A DNA stretch of 35,596 nucleotides from positions 1 to 35,596 of IMG/VR virus record IMGVR_UViG_3300020181_000022. One strand, given 5' to 3'. The notes below the pieces were generated by a model that was given only the letters and a program-made list of their open reading frames with translations, was not told the DNA's origin and did not search any database. Shown piece by piece: positions 8,744 to 18,524 of this stretch. The translations under genes and the position numbers were made by a program. The first letter of the stretch is position 1. Every line of letters begins with the position of its first letter. This DNA comes from a virus (Duplodnaviria; Caudoviricetes).

Positions 8744-11700
8744 TCATCCTACTATAACATACAATGTTGTAGAATTCTTAGTGGCAATTGCATCATAGGC
8801 AGCTTGTGTAAGTGATCTCACTTCGGTAATTCCTGTACCTGTAACCTTTGTATTTGTAACAGTTTTTAGCTTTAATGGAGTCACTGCTTTTGTATCAATT
8901 GTTCCTGCCGTTACTTCTGCGGCAGTAGCTATTGAAACTGTACCGGATGACGCCTCTGTTGCAAGACCGGGAAGATCATCATTTCTAATAACATGCCAAA
9001 CATCACCGCCATACTTAAATAGTCGTACGACACCATACTTCTTTGTCAGGGTAATACTATTTCCCCCGACTAGTGTGGCTCCAGGTTCTGCCAAATAAAC
9101 ATTAGATGCAGCACTAATTGTCAACGGATTATCAGTAACATTGGTGAAATAAAGCGATGAACCACTGACAAAAGGTACACTGGAAGCAGGCGGAATTGTG
9201 AAGGTGTTAGCACCGGACGTGTTGAAAACAAGTAACTTACCTTCATCTTCAATGGTTGGTGTATAAGTAGGTCCTGGTATTCCCTTTGGAGGGTTAGCTC
9301 GGCCCAGGCGAAGCCCCTGGGCCAAAGTTGCTGGAGTGATGACACGAGTAGTGTCCGTACCGAGTACGGTCTCGGACACAGTAGCCAATTCAGTAAGACC
9401 GGCGGCTGTATCAGTAGCCAGTGCATTTGATGCAGCACTAATTGCAGTTCTAGCAGCGGTGGCATCTGCTGCTGTAAGCACAGAACGCCCCACTGTCGTA
9501 GAATCTGAAATATTTGCAGCGGTGTGGGTGTGAGCCGTTGGCGTGCGAGCATCGCTTAGCCTAGCGTCATTACCTGCGGCTGCCGTACCTGCTGTGGTAC
9601 CCAATACAAGATTAGAGCTTCCTGTACCAGCCCCAATTGCTGTACGTGCTGCTGCTGCATCAGTAGCAGTAAGAACGCTTCGACCGACCGTAGTAGAATC
9701 AGAGATATTAGCTGCTGTGTGAGTGTGGGCCAAAGGAGTTCTAGCATCAGACAAACGACTATCGTTACCCGCTGCTGCTGTAGTTCCCGTGGTACCAATC
9801 GTTAGATTAGATGTACCGGCACCAATGGCTGTCCTAGCCGCTGCCGCATCGGCGGCAGTAAGAACAGAGCGACCCGTGGCAGTAGAATCTGTAATATCTG
9901 TAGAAGCTACTGACGAAATACCGGTTGTGATTGTGGCCCAGGTATTGTCTCCACGAAGAAAAGTAGAGGAGTTCCTACTTCCTGTTGCAGTCAAATCAGT
10001 TATGCTATGTGTGTGTGCTAGTGGTGTTCTAGCGTCGGATAGGCGTGAGTCATTACCGGCAGCCGCCGTACCGGCCGTGGTGCCGATGACCAAGTTAGAG
10101 TTACCAGTTCCTGCACCAATTGCAGTGCGTGCTGCTGCTGCGCTAGCAGCGGTGATTACTGCTACACCAGTGGCGGTTGCATCAGTGATGTTTGCTGATG
10201 TGTGAGTGTGAGTAATTGGAGCAAATCTTGCATCCAATTGATTCAACGGCTTAACGTCCTGAACTGGAATCCAGCGAGTGTATGCTGACTGGTACTCATA
10301 AATACGAGTAACGCCGTTAAGTGGCTCGGCTACTGATGTAGCGTTTCCTGTGCCAATGGTGTCAGATCCGCTTCTATTAATTGTTAGCAGTGCATTCTGG
10401 CTAGCACCGATCGCATGGAAACCACACAGAGTACCGTCTGCTGGTGCTGCCGGTAAGGTAAGAGTATTGCCACCACCGTTAACGACCATAACTGCAATCT
10501 CATTTGGCTGTACCGCGTACGCGCCAGTCTTGTTCGCTGTAAATAACAAGTCTGGCCTTGCGCCAATTGCAGTGCGTGCGGCAGTAGCAGATGCAGCAGT
10601 GATCAGCGTTCTACCCACTGTTGTTGAATCGCTAATGTTAGCTGCGGTATGAGTGTGACTTGCTGGTGCTGCTCCAACCTCGGCAGCGGTAAACGTCTTA
10701 TTACCGGCCATTGCCGTAGTTGATGTTGTACCAATTACCAAGCTAGAAGTACCGGCCCCAATTGCTGTACGGACGGCAGCGGCATCAGTAGACGTAATAA
10801 TCGTACGGCCAATGGTGGTCGAATCGCTAATATTTGCTGCTGTATGGGTGTGTGATGTTGCTGCACGAGTGGCAACTTGAGTATCGACATAATCCTTACG
10901 AGTCGCTTCATAAGATTGAGATGGGGCACCATCAATAGCTAAATATCCAACGGTAAATCCACCATATTGATTCCTACGCGCAACTGTATGCACAGTAGAC
11001 GCATCAGTACCAATAGCATCAACATATGCAGGGGTAGCTGCGCCAACTTCTGCCGCAGTAAATGTTTTATTACCAGCCATTGCTGTTGTTGCTGTTGTGC
11101 CAATTACCAAGTCAGAATTACCTGTACCTGCGCCAATTGCAGCCCTTGCAGCTTCTGCATCAACGGCTGCCAAAAGGTCTCTACCGATAAAGGTAGAGTC
11201 TTCAATGTCAGTAGAAACATGAGTGTGATCTACCGGAGTGCGAGCATCTGACAAACGTGGATCATTACCCGCAGCAGCCGTGCCAGCAGTTGTGCCAATA
11301 ACCAAATCAGAAGTTCCTGCTCCAATTACTGTTCTTGCTGCATCTTCATCAGGAACAGTCAAAAGAGTGCGCCCGAACGGCGTAGCGTCCGTGATATTTG
11401 CAGCAGTATGCGTGTGGTTTAGATTAGCCTTATTAGCTAGACCTGGAACTGTTGGGGAGTCAGCAGTTCCACCAAGATCACCAGTAAGTCTAATCAAACC
11501 CTTAACGCTAAAGCTTGCATCCGGGGCACCTGCACCCTGGGCACCTTGCAAACCGCGAGGAATAGCAAGGTTCAATGTTTGGTTGGGAGCAGAACCAGTA
11601 ATGGTTGCACTTGCTGGAACATCAGGGGTTACGGTTGTAACCGTACCAATAGTAATACTGTTGGCTGGACCGGAATCACCAACATCACCCTTATCACCCT

Positions 11701-13399
11701 TGGCACCGGCTGGAATCGTTAGACTTAGAGTCTGATTTGGAGAACTTCCAGTAATAGCTGCGCTAGCAGAAGTTCCTGGTGCTCCAGTATTTACGGTACC
11801 AATAGAGAGGGTGTTGGCTGGGCCAGTAAGACCTGTATTTCCAGTGTCACCCTTGTCTCCCTTAGTACCCTGGATTCCCTGGATACCTTGCTGACCCTGA
11901 GGAATAGTCAAACTTAAAGTTTGATTAGGCGCCGTACCTGTAATGGTGGCGCTTGCATTTGTACCCGCAGCGCCCGTAGTAACCGTACCGACTGCCAAGG
12001 TGTTTGCTGGTCCAGTATTTCCCTGGATACCCTGAATTCCCTGCAGACCTCTTAGACCCTGTGGAATTGTTAAATTCAAGGTCTGGTTTGGTGCAGTACC
12101 AGTAATTGAGGCGTCGGCTGCTGAACCGGCGGTGCCGGTGGTGATGGTACCGATGGTTAGCGTGTTGGCAGGACCAGTCGCTCCGACCGCACCTCTTGGA
12201 ATGGTAAATGCTAGGGACTGGTTTGGAGCCGTACCCGATACAGACACAGTTGCATTTGTACCTGGCAAGCTGGTGGTTGTAGAAGAAACACTCAGTGAAG
12301 TTGCTGGACCGGCTGGACCCTGGAAGGCTGTTCCCTGACCATTTGGCGGGAATGATGAACCCGACCAAATGTATAACTTACCATCTGCATTGACAAGGTA
12401 ACCCTTACCTGAATCTGATGCAGTTAGATTTGTTGGAAGACCAGCATAGGTTGCAACGGAACCGGCAATTGCAATACCCTGACCTGCCGGTCCAGTATCA
12501 CCTTGATCACCCTTGTCTCCCTTATCACCCTTCAATCCTTGGATTCCCTGAACACCCTGAACACCTTGAATTCCCTGAGGAATTACAAGGTTAAGGGTCT
12601 GATTGGGTGAGGCTCCTGTGATGGTAGCTGAGGCTGATGAGCCTGCGGCTCCTGTACCTACAGAACCAATAGTAATCGTGTTTGATGGACCGGCGCTTCC
12701 TGTGGTTCCAGTATCTCCCTTGTCTCCCTTGACTCCCTGAATTCCTTGAATTCCTTGCGAGCCTCTTGGAAGTGTCAAATTAAGAGTTTGGTTCGGAGCG
12801 GCCCCTGTGATGGTAGCTGCCGCTACACCACCTGATGCTCCGGTTGTTACAGTACCAATTGATAATGTATTAACCGGCCCGGTTGCGCCGGTGTCACCCT
12901 TCAATCCAGTTGCGCCCTGTGGAATTGATAGATTAAGAGTCTGATTAGGAGCAGCACCCGTTAAGGAAGCGGCTGCATTTGATCCTGGCGCCAAAGTGCT
13001 TACTGTACCAATCGTCAAAACGTTGGCAGGACCCGCACTTCCGATATCTCCCCTGTCACCCTTATCACCCTTTGGAAGAGTAAGGTTAAGGGTCTGATTC
13101 GGACTTGTTCCAGTAATCGTGGCAGCAGCAGTCGCGCCGCCAGCTACAGTGCCAATGGTTAGTGTATTTGATGGCCCCAAGCTTCCACGAGGAATCGTAA
13201 AGTCAGCTACCTGAGTACCATTTGCTAGGGTACGAACAGTAATGGAAGCACTGGTTCCTGGCTCTGAGGTAATAACATTACCCACTGTAAGAGCACCAGG
13301 AGGTCCCTGCATTCCAGCGACTTCAACAGTAAGAACCTGCGTTTCACCTGGAACGACGATATCAATGACTTCTACGTCACTTGTAAAATCTATTGCCAT
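8744..13399 (-). CDS. Long fibre protein with collagen-like and HxH repeats
   Basis: 1551 aa. Gly-X-Y runs, about 10 GPANTLTIGTV...NQTLNLTIPQG units, about 8 HTH-containing units, C-terminal LTQAAYDAIATKNSTTLYVI. Confidence 0.88.
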   Translation of the reverse strand: MAIDFTSDVEVIDIVVPGETQVLTVEVAGMQGPPGALTVGNVITSEPGTSASITVRTLANGTQVADFTIPRGSLGPSNTLTIGTVAGGATAAATITGTSPNQTLNLTLPKGDKGDRGDIGSAGPANVLTIGTVSTLAPGSNAAASLTGAAPNQTLNLSIPQGATGLKGDTGATGPVNTLSIGTVTTGASGGVAAATITGAAPNQTLNLTLPRGSQGIQGIQGVKGDKGDTGTTGSAGPSNTITIGSVGTGAAGSSASATITGASPNQTLNLVIPQGIQGVQGVQGIQGLKGDKGDKGDQGDTGPAGQGIAIAGSVATYAGLPTNLTASDSGKGYLVNADGKLYIWSGSSFPPNGQGTAFQGPAGPATSLSVSSTTTSLPGTNATVSVSGTAPNQSLAFTIPRGAVGATGPANTLTIGTITTGTAGSAADASITGTAPNQTLNLTIPQGLRGLQGIQGIQGNTGPANTLAVGTVTTGAAGTNASATITGTAPNQTLSLTIPQGQQGIQGIQGTKGDKGDTGNTGLTGPANTLSIGTVNTGAPGTSASAAITGSSPNQTLSLTIPAGAKGDKGDVGDSGPANSITIGTVTTVTPDVPASATITGSAPNQTLNLAIPRGLQGAQGAGAPDASFSVKGLIRLTGDLGGTADSPTVPGLANKANLNHTHTAANITDATPFGRTLLTVPDEDAARTVIGAGTSDLVIGTTAGTAAAGNDPRLSDARTPVDHTHVSTDIEDSTFIGRDLLAAVDAEAARAAIGAGTGNSDLVIGTTATTAMAGNKTFTAAEVGAATPAYVDAIGTDASTVHTVARRNQYGGFTVGYLAIDGAPSQSYEATRKDYVDTQVATRAATSHTHTAANISDSTTIGRTIITSTDAAAVRTAIGAGTSSLVIGTTSTTAMAGNKTFTAAEVGAAPASHTHTAANISDSTTVGRTLITAASATAARTAIGARPDLLFTANKTGAYAVQPNEIAVMVVNGGGNTLTLPAAPADGTLCGFHAIGASQNALLTINRSGSDTIGTGNATSVAEPLNGVTRIYEYQSAYTRWIPVQDVKPLNQLDARFAPITHTHTSANITDATATGVAVITAASAAAARTAIGAGTGNSNLVIGTTAGTAAAGNDSRLSDARTPLAHTHSITDLTATGSRNSSTFLRGDNTWATITTGISSVASTDITDSTATGRSVLTAADAAAARTAIGAGTSNLTIGTTGTTAAAGNDSRLSDARTPLAHTHTAANISDSTTVGRSVLTATDAAAARTAIGAGTGSSNLVLGTTAGTAAAGNDARLSDARTPTAHTHTAANISDSTTVGRSVLTAADATAARTAISAASNALATDTAAGLTELATVSETVLGTDTTRVITPATLAQGLRLGRANPPKGIPGPTYTPTIEDEGKLLVFNTSGANTFTIPPASSVPFVSGSSLYFTNVTDNPLTISAASNVYLAEPGATLVGGNSITLTKKYGVVRLFKYGGDVWHVIRNDDLPGLATEASSGTVSIATAAEVTAGTIDTKAVTPLKLKTVTNTKVTGTGITEVRSLTQAAYDAIATKNSTTLYVIVG
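9420..11420 (-). repeat. Intragenic repeats HTHTAANISDST...AAAARTAIGAG
   Basis: About 8 degenerate copies visible in the translation; boundaries approximate. Confidence 0.8.
11550..13310 (-). repeat. Intragenic repeats: ~40 aa beta units alternating with collagen G-X-Y segments
   Basis: About 10 copies visible in the translation; boundaries approximate. Confidence 0.8.
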
Positions 13400-13426
13400 G
13401 ACTTTATTCTATATTACTCGGAGTTA

Positions 13427-14371
13427 TTAAGCAAGACCGACAATATAAGGAGCATTCCACCATGATCCGTTACTATAGAAAGTGCCAGTAGGCATTCCAG
13501 TTGTTGCGCCGAGATAAAAGCGCTGACCGATAAACGGCTCATAGTTTGTGCCGGTATATAGGAAGTATGCCTGTGAAGCGAATATAGTGCTTCCCATGCA
13601 GCGTAGAGCAAAAGCATAACGCTGTCCCGGCGCAAACGTAAAGCTAGCGGGGAATCCTCCGGTAGTATCGAAAGGCAAAGATGCTACGCCATTGACTTGT
13701 GCTGCTGATGGTGTATTTGCCGTACGAGCCGTTAAAGTTAGTCTTCCGTCAGAACCTATAGTATAAAGAGCAAGCTGGAACCACGTTATACCGGAGCCTG
13801 CGGCCTCGATAGGGATAGACAACTTGGTAATCGTATTGGCAACCGGGGCAGTAAAGCAAGAAAATGTTACGAAATCATTACTATGAGTAACTTGATTTGA
13901 TGGTCTTGGAAATGGTTCTGCATTACCAATTGACCAAGGACTATTTCCATACTGTGCACGGAATATTGCCTTGATGACTTCACCATCCACGTAGTCCTTG
14001 CGCGTGACCTCCCCGACCCCAACCGGAGCCTGCTGCACGGTCAGCCGGTTGATGACAGTGTTCCCCGACGCGTCCCGCCTGACGATGGTGTTCGCCGTGG
14101 CGAGGTTTGTACCGATCCCGTCCACGTAATCCTTACGCGTTAGCTCGTCATTATTGGCTGGTGTGGGAGTTAAAGCATACACTCTACCGAACTTAGCGTT
14201 CCCGCCCGCATCGCGGCGTACTAAAGTGTTTGCAGTATTATCAGCAGTGCCAACGGTAGCAATTGCAGAATCCACCTGGGCCTGCGTTGGACCGGGACCT
14301 TGGATGCCCGGAACAACAATTTCAATAACTTCAATTCCCGTAGGTTGAACAATTTCAATTATATTAGCCAT
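13427..14371 (-). CDS. Short fibre / minor virion protein
   Basis: N-terminus resembles that of the long fibre (IEIVVPGIQGP); two T-x-VRRD...TRKDYVD repeats; aromatic-rich C-terminal domain. Confidence 0.7.
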   Translation of the reverse strand: MANIIEIVQPTGIEVIEIVVPGIQGPGPTQAQVDSAIATVGTADNTANTLVRRDAGGNAKFGRVYALTPTPANNDELTRKDYVDGIGTNLATANTIVRRDASGNTVINRLTVQQAPVGVGEVTRKDYVDGEVIKAIFRAQYGNSPWSIGNAEPFPRPSNQVTHSNDFVTFSCFTAPVANTITKLSIPIEAAGSGITWFQLALYTIGSDGRLTLTARTANTPSAAQVNGVASLPFDTTGGFPASFTFAPGQRYAFALRCMGSTIFASQAYFLYTGTNYEPFIGQRFYLGATTGMPTGTFYSNGSWWNAPYIVGLA

Positions 14372-14751
14372 TAGTCAACCTCATCGTGAACCGTAACGTC
14401 ACCCGCCAGGTACGTCCTAACATCACCGTTAGGAGCGGTCAATTGTAGATTCCAAATATAATCCCCGGCTGGGATCGTCTTGCTGATTGAGCTAGGTAGA
14501 TATACTCTTACCTCGTTGTTGTTCTGAACGTTTGTGGTAAAGGTATATGTGGTTGGAGAGTTAAAACTAGCCCTTATGATAGCTGATGGAGTGAATCCAG
14601 CAAGCTGCAATGGGTTACCCTGATCATCCTTGAACCGTATGATGAATTCCTGAGAGTCACCCTTCCAGAAAGCTAGGTCTACATTCTCGGGTAGCTTTGT
14701 TTCACCGATGACGCCAACCGGCGCCTCGTCTGGAAAAATAATATCTGCCAC
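14371..14751 (-). CDS. Small virion structural / fibre-adaptor protein
   Basis: 126 aa with WKGDS...GDYIWNLQLTAPNGDVRTYLAGDVTV, a pattern common next to phage fibre genes. Confidence 0.6.
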   Translation of the reverse strand: MADIIFPDEAPVGVIGETKLPENVDLAFWKGDSQEFIIRFKDDQGNPLQLAGFTPSAIIRASFNSPTTYTFTTNVQNNNEVRVYLPSSISKTIPAGDYIWNLQLTAPNGDVRTYLAGDVTVHDEVD

Positions 14752-14762
14752 TATCTATCTCC

Positions 14763-15050
14763 TCACTGTACCTTGATTACACCGCGAATTAACTCACGAT
14801 CTTCTAAATATAGTGTATAATACATTGTGCTGAATTCAAAATCAGCAGTGTCTGAGGCGGGGATTCGCCAATTAACTCTATTTCTTAACCTCTGCAGTCC
14901 ACCATTCAAAACAGTGTACTCCTTGGCGAACCCGCCGCGCTCCAAAACAACTCTAAACTTTCCAGACGGCATAGCAATAGGCTTCCCTTGAGAGTTTTTG
15001 AATTCAAAAAACTCATAGAAGTCCTTACCCCTTGTCATCGTAAAGTTCAT
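14763..15050 (-). CDS. Small virion structural protein, distant paralogue-like of 14371-14751
   Basis: 95 aa, MTRGKDF...LIRGVIKVQ; stop/start overlap with the upstream gene. Confidence 0.55.
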   Translation of the reverse strand: MNFTMTRGKDFYEFFEFKNSQGKPIAMPSGKFRVVLERGGFAKEYTVLNGGLQRLRNRVNWRIPASDTADFEFSTMYYTLYLEDRELIRGVIKVQ

Positions 15051-15682
15051 TAGCCTCCGTAAAACTCCTTTACTTCACGAGAACTTGCGCGACGGAATCC
15101 GCCTATTTCCTCAATAAGCTTATCTGCTGAATTCTCATCTACTAACATATATGGAGCTTCACGAGTAAAACGGTATCCATAACGCTCAAAGATTCGATTC
15201 TCACGAGTCATCTTAATCAAAGTATACTCTATTTCAGGCTCTTCCTCAACAACTACCGGAACTAATACAGTTTCAGAAGCACCAGTATCATTCACCGCCG
15301 TGGTATCACCTGGCTCTAGATTTACACTATTATCATAAACTGGTTCTGAAACAACCGGCTCATCCAAGTCAGAGAAATCCTCACCCAATAGCTTTTCAAT
15401 TTCATCCAGCTCGCGGACAGGAGCAGCGGTATCGTTTACAGTTGGTTCTGTTTCCTCTGGCTCTGAAACTTCTGGAAGATCGAATGACTCAGCAATTGTT
15501 GGCTCGTTAGGCACATCCCTTAGTCCTTCGTACATCTCCCAAGTAACACCGGAGGTTAGCAAATCATCAATAATCTCTGGCTTCCTTGTCTTTCCATTAA
15601 GATTCACCTTAAACGTCTTAGCCAACCCACGCAGGGTAGGCAAGTTTAGTTCCATGAACCTTGGGTCACTCTGTAGTGCCAT
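15050..15682 (-). CDS. Hypothetical protein after the capsid gene (Rho-N/HeH-like N-terminus, acidic linker)
   Basis: LPTLRGLAKTFKVNL...KPEIIDDL at the N-terminus; YRFTREAPY...GFRRASSREVKEFY at the C-terminus. Confidence 0.65.
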   Translation of the reverse strand: MALQSDPRFMELNLPTLRGLAKTFKVNLNGKTRKPEIIDDLLTSGVTWEMYEGLRDVPNEPTIAESFDLPEVSEPEETEPTVNDTAAPVRELDEIEKLLGEDFSDLDEPVVSEPVYDNSVNLEPGDTTAVNDTGASETVLVPVVVEEEPEIEYTLIKMTRENRIFERYGYRFTREAPYMLVDENSADKLIEEIGGFRRASSREVKEFYGG

Positions 15683-15706
15683 AATTTATCATCCTTTTCT
15701 ATTAAT

Positions 15707-15742
15707 TAATCAAGGGGCCAGGTTTCCCCAGCCCCTTGATTA
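15707..15742 (-). terminator. Hairpin after the major capsid gene
   Basis: TAATCAAGGGGC/GCCCCTTGATTA 12 bp inverted repeat followed by an AT-rich tract. Confidence 0.7.
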
Positions 15743-15763
15743 TACTACACTTCTATCTTAGAA

Positions 15764-16789
15764 TCAACGTAGTACGTCGGCGTTAACCGGACCATCAACG
15801 GCGATGTTGGTTACAACCACGAATGCGTCAAGATTCTCGACAGCGGTTCCAACACGGCAGAACATGGTGTACTCGATTGTATCCTTCTTAGCCTTGTATT
15901 CACGTACAACCTTGATTTCCCTCTTAACACCCCATAGGAGGTTCTTAGGGAAGGTTAGCCATACTTCACCGTGCTCACGAGCAGGATCAGTACCGGCCTC
16001 GGCGTCAGCGGTGTAATCACCATCCAAGTTCTCAAGGAACATTGGAACTTCCTGGTAAGGAACACCGAACATTGTTCCCATGTTGAATCCCGCAGGACCC
16101 TCTGGAACAACGCGACCTGAGGTATTTGCATAAGTACCTGCATTTACGTCACGGGTCAAGTTGTATAGGTAATCTTGAATCAAGTTTGAACCTACGAAGA
16201 ACTTTAGCTCGCCACGACGCTGCATGAACTCACGAGGTACTGCCCTAATTGCCTTGTTAGACACGGAGCGGTCAAGACCGAATCCCTCGTGGTCAACGAT
16301 AGTTGCACCCGCTAGGGCACGCTTACGCCAACCATCCATGATGCGAAGTGCTGGGTCTGTAGAAGTGGTATCACCGTTAATAGCAACGTCCTCAAGGTCG
16401 TTTCCGGCCTGAGTAGCCATTAGACGTGCGATGTGATCCTCCAAAGCCTCACCCTCAAGATTATCCTCAAGAGTTTCGGTTGAAAGCTCCCAGTCTAGAC
16501 GAATCTTCTCGGTACGTAGGGAAATCTTGCTGAAGAATACACCCTGGTTCTCACCAGTGTCTACTGCCTCAACAGCCCTACGAATAAGACGCTTACCAAC
16601 ACCAATCTTTTCAATCTCCTGCTCAGTTGCACGCATACGAATTGTGCGAACCTGGTCAGCAAGAACGGTAGCATCCCACATGTAATCGATGAAGCGATCA
16701 ACCTGCTCAGGACCCAAAAGTCCAGAGCCGTTACCACCAGCACCAATCTCAGTAGAAGTAATTACCTTCTGTAGTAGATCATCGTTCAT
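15764..16789 (-). CDS. Major capsid protein (HK97 fold)
   Basis: GLLGPEQVDRFIDYMWDAT, KIRLDWELSTETLEDNLEG and KKDTIEYT motifs; SD GGGAGGTG before ATG 16789. Confidence 0.95.
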   Translation of the reverse strand: MNDDLLQKVITSTEIGAGGNGSGLLGPEQVDRFIDYMWDATVLADQVRTIRMRATEQEIEKIGVGKRLIRRAVEAVDTGENQGVFFSKISLRTEKIRLDWELSTETLEDNLEGEALEDHIARLMATQAGNDLEDVAINGDTTSTDPALRIMDGWRKRALAGATIVDHEGFGLDRSVSNKAIRAVPREFMQRRGELKFFVGSNLIQDYLYNLTRDVNAGTYANTSGRVVPEGPAGFNMGTMFGVPYQEVPMFLENLDGDYTADAEAGTDPAREHGEVWLTFPKNLLWGVKREIKVVREYKAKKDTIEYTMFCRVGTAVENLDAFVVVTNIAVDGPVNADVLR

Positions 16790-16846
16790 TTGTTTTTTCA
16801 CCTCCCAGTGAAATAAAGTATTTGTCGTTCATGTATTGCGGTTGGA

Positions 16847-17449
16847 TCAGTTAATACTGTCCATTGAGAAGATAGACCCGCGCCACACACCCTTGCTATT
16901 GCTCTTCTGTAGAGAAGATTCTTCCTCAGACCCGCCAAGGTCTGCGGACTTCTTAACTGCACCTGACTTCTCGACAGTATCCAGCTTCTCCTGAACACTA
17001 GCGAACTTCTGAGTCAAAGTACCAATCTTTTCATCAAGCTCGTTACTCTTTGTTGCAAGCTCATCAAGCCTCTTTTCAAAACTAGCAGTTACATCAGTAA
17101 TCTTGTCACTGTTTTCGGTCAAAGACTTCTCGATGGCCTCACGTAGATCATCAAGCATCTTCTTCATAGGGTTTTCTTCTACAGTTCCCTCTTCGATCTT
17201 GGTATCTTCGTTTAGCTGCTTTGCCTCTTCGGTACGGGCTTCGCCTGTACCGGTTAGAGTAAGATCGTTTTCCTCCTTTACGTGAGTGGCAGTATCGCCT
17301 TCCTCACCCTCAGGTGCAACGACCTCTTCATCTCCCTTAGGAGAAACTTCTTCAGCGGAATCAACGTGGGTAGTTTCCTGGTCAGCAACCTCACTTTGGG
17401 TGGTGTCTTCAACCTTAACTTCCTCGTTGTTCTCGTTCTTTTCAGCCAT
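16847..17449 (-). CDS. Probable nested in-frame scaffold protein
   Basis: Internal GGGAGGTGAAAAC-ATG at 17449, in frame with the protease. Confidence 0.6.
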   Translation of the reverse strand: MAEKNENNEEVKVEDTTQSEVADQETTHVDSAEEVSPKGDEEVVAPEGEEGDTATHVKEENDLTLTGTGEARTEEAKQLNEDTKIEEGTVEENPMKKMLDDLREAIEKSLTENSDKITDVTASFEKRLDELATKSNELDEKIGTLTQKFASVQEKLDTVEKSGAVKKSADLGGSEEESSLQKSNSKGVWRGSIFSMDSIN

Positions 17450-18220
17450 GTTTTCACCTCCCTCAGTTGAATCAGCTTCAAACTTTTCGATGATGGCGCT
17501 AACCTTCTCTGCCCTATCACCGCCGTCGCTTTCAAACCATCCAATATTCTTCATCTCAGACTTGCATTCTACACAAGACTTAGATTCATCTGGACCGACT
17601 ACAGCAACCGGGTCGCCATCGTCGTGCTGATCTGCCTTATTGCAGTAGAAAACATTTTCAACCTGCATCTTGGCTAGCATTCCATCTACTTCGGTGCTTC
17701 CGTCAGCAGACTTCTGAATGCTAAAAATGTTGGACAACTGATTTGCTGGATTATCAACTAGAGACAACTCCACCATATCGTAGTCGTGAATGTAGCGTAC
17801 CGGGCCACCGGCGTCCTTTGAGAACTCACTTTTAGACTTCTTAACGTTACCGCCAATACTAAAGCCAGTCAAAGTGCCATCTAGTACCATCTTCCAAATA
17901 TTCTCAGCACCTTCGGAAACATAAGCGTCAACATAGATGCCAGTATAAAACTTGTTAGTCTTCTTATCGTAATATTCTTCCTCGCGGGCGTTAACTAACT
18001 TTCCTGCTGGGATTGGCTGGTGCATTAGACGCAAATTTCCACGGAATCCTTCAAACGCCTTGCGTGAGGCTTCTTTAGTTACAATATCGCCCTGTGTATC
18101 AGCATTGTCGAGTGTGGCGAAACCAGAGACAATTCGTCTCTTCTTGTCCACCTTCTGCAATGGCATGGTGATGCGAATATTATCGCCATCAGCACTCCAT
18201 ACTGCCTTCTCGATCTTCAT
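16847..18220 (-). CDS. Capsid maturation protease fused to scaffold
   Basis: RIVSGFATLDNAD.QGD, RLMHQ, GFSIGG and ELSLVDNPAN (HK97-type protease motifs); acidic coiled-coil C-terminal half. Confidence 0.92.
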   Translation of the reverse strand: MKIEKAVWSADGDNIRITMPLQKVDKKRRIVSGFATLDNADTQGDIVTKEASRKAFEGFRGNLRLMHQPIPAGKLVNAREEEYYDKKTNKFYTGIYVDAYVSEGAENIWKMVLDGTLTGFSIGGNVKKSKSEFSKDAGGPVRYIHDYDMVELSLVDNPANQLSNIFSIQKSADGSTEVDGMLAKMQVENVFYCNKADQHDDGDPVAVVGPDESKSCVECKSEMKNIGWFESDGGDRAEKVSAIIEKFEADSTEGGENMAEKNENNEEVKVEDTTQSEVADQETTHVDSAEEVSPKGDEEVVAPEGEEGDTATHVKEENDLTLTGTGEARTEEAKQLNEDTKIEEGTVEENPMKKMLDDLREAIEKSLTENSDKITDVTASFEKRLDELATKSNELDEKIGTLTQKFASVQEKLDTVEKSGAVKKSADLGGSEEESSLQKSNSKGVWRGSIFSMDSIN

Positions 18221-18260
18221 AATTGAATACTAACACCATTCTTTTCAAAAGGCAAAATTA

Positions 18261-18524
18261 TCATGACGTAGCGTTATTATCTAGGTACCTCAGCACAAAA
18301 CCTGGGTCTGCACCCAAAGAATCATCAATAGCAAATGGTATTCCCTCTAAAGTAGAAACCCCAAATTCCGCTAACTTCTGCTCATAAGTATGGCCCTTCA
18401 TAGAAAGAAGCTTGATTTGACTTATTGAAATCCAATCTGGCAACGGAGGATTCAATGCTGCATACCACTCAGCTTCCTCTTCTGGAGTAAACTCAACTCG
18501 TGGTCCTTCCTGATCCTTGTGCAC
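18261..18524 (-). CDS. Hypothetical protein (~87 aa) between portal and protease
   Basis: GGGGAGG SD before GTG 18524; fills the portal-protease gap. Confidence 0.55.
   Translation of the reverse strand: MHKDQEGPRVEFTPEEEAEWYAALNPPLPDWISISQIKLLSMKGHTYEQKLAEFGVSTLEGIPFAIDDSLGADPGFVLRYLDNNATS

Noticed and set aside
9121-12368. Many 60-165 aa alternative-frame and antisense ORFs, and repeats that might suggest a CRISPR array or DGR
   Set aside because: They arise from the Ala/Thr/Gly repeats of the fibre. The repeats are degenerate at codon third positions, with no constant repeat-spacer pattern and no reverse transcriptase in the window.
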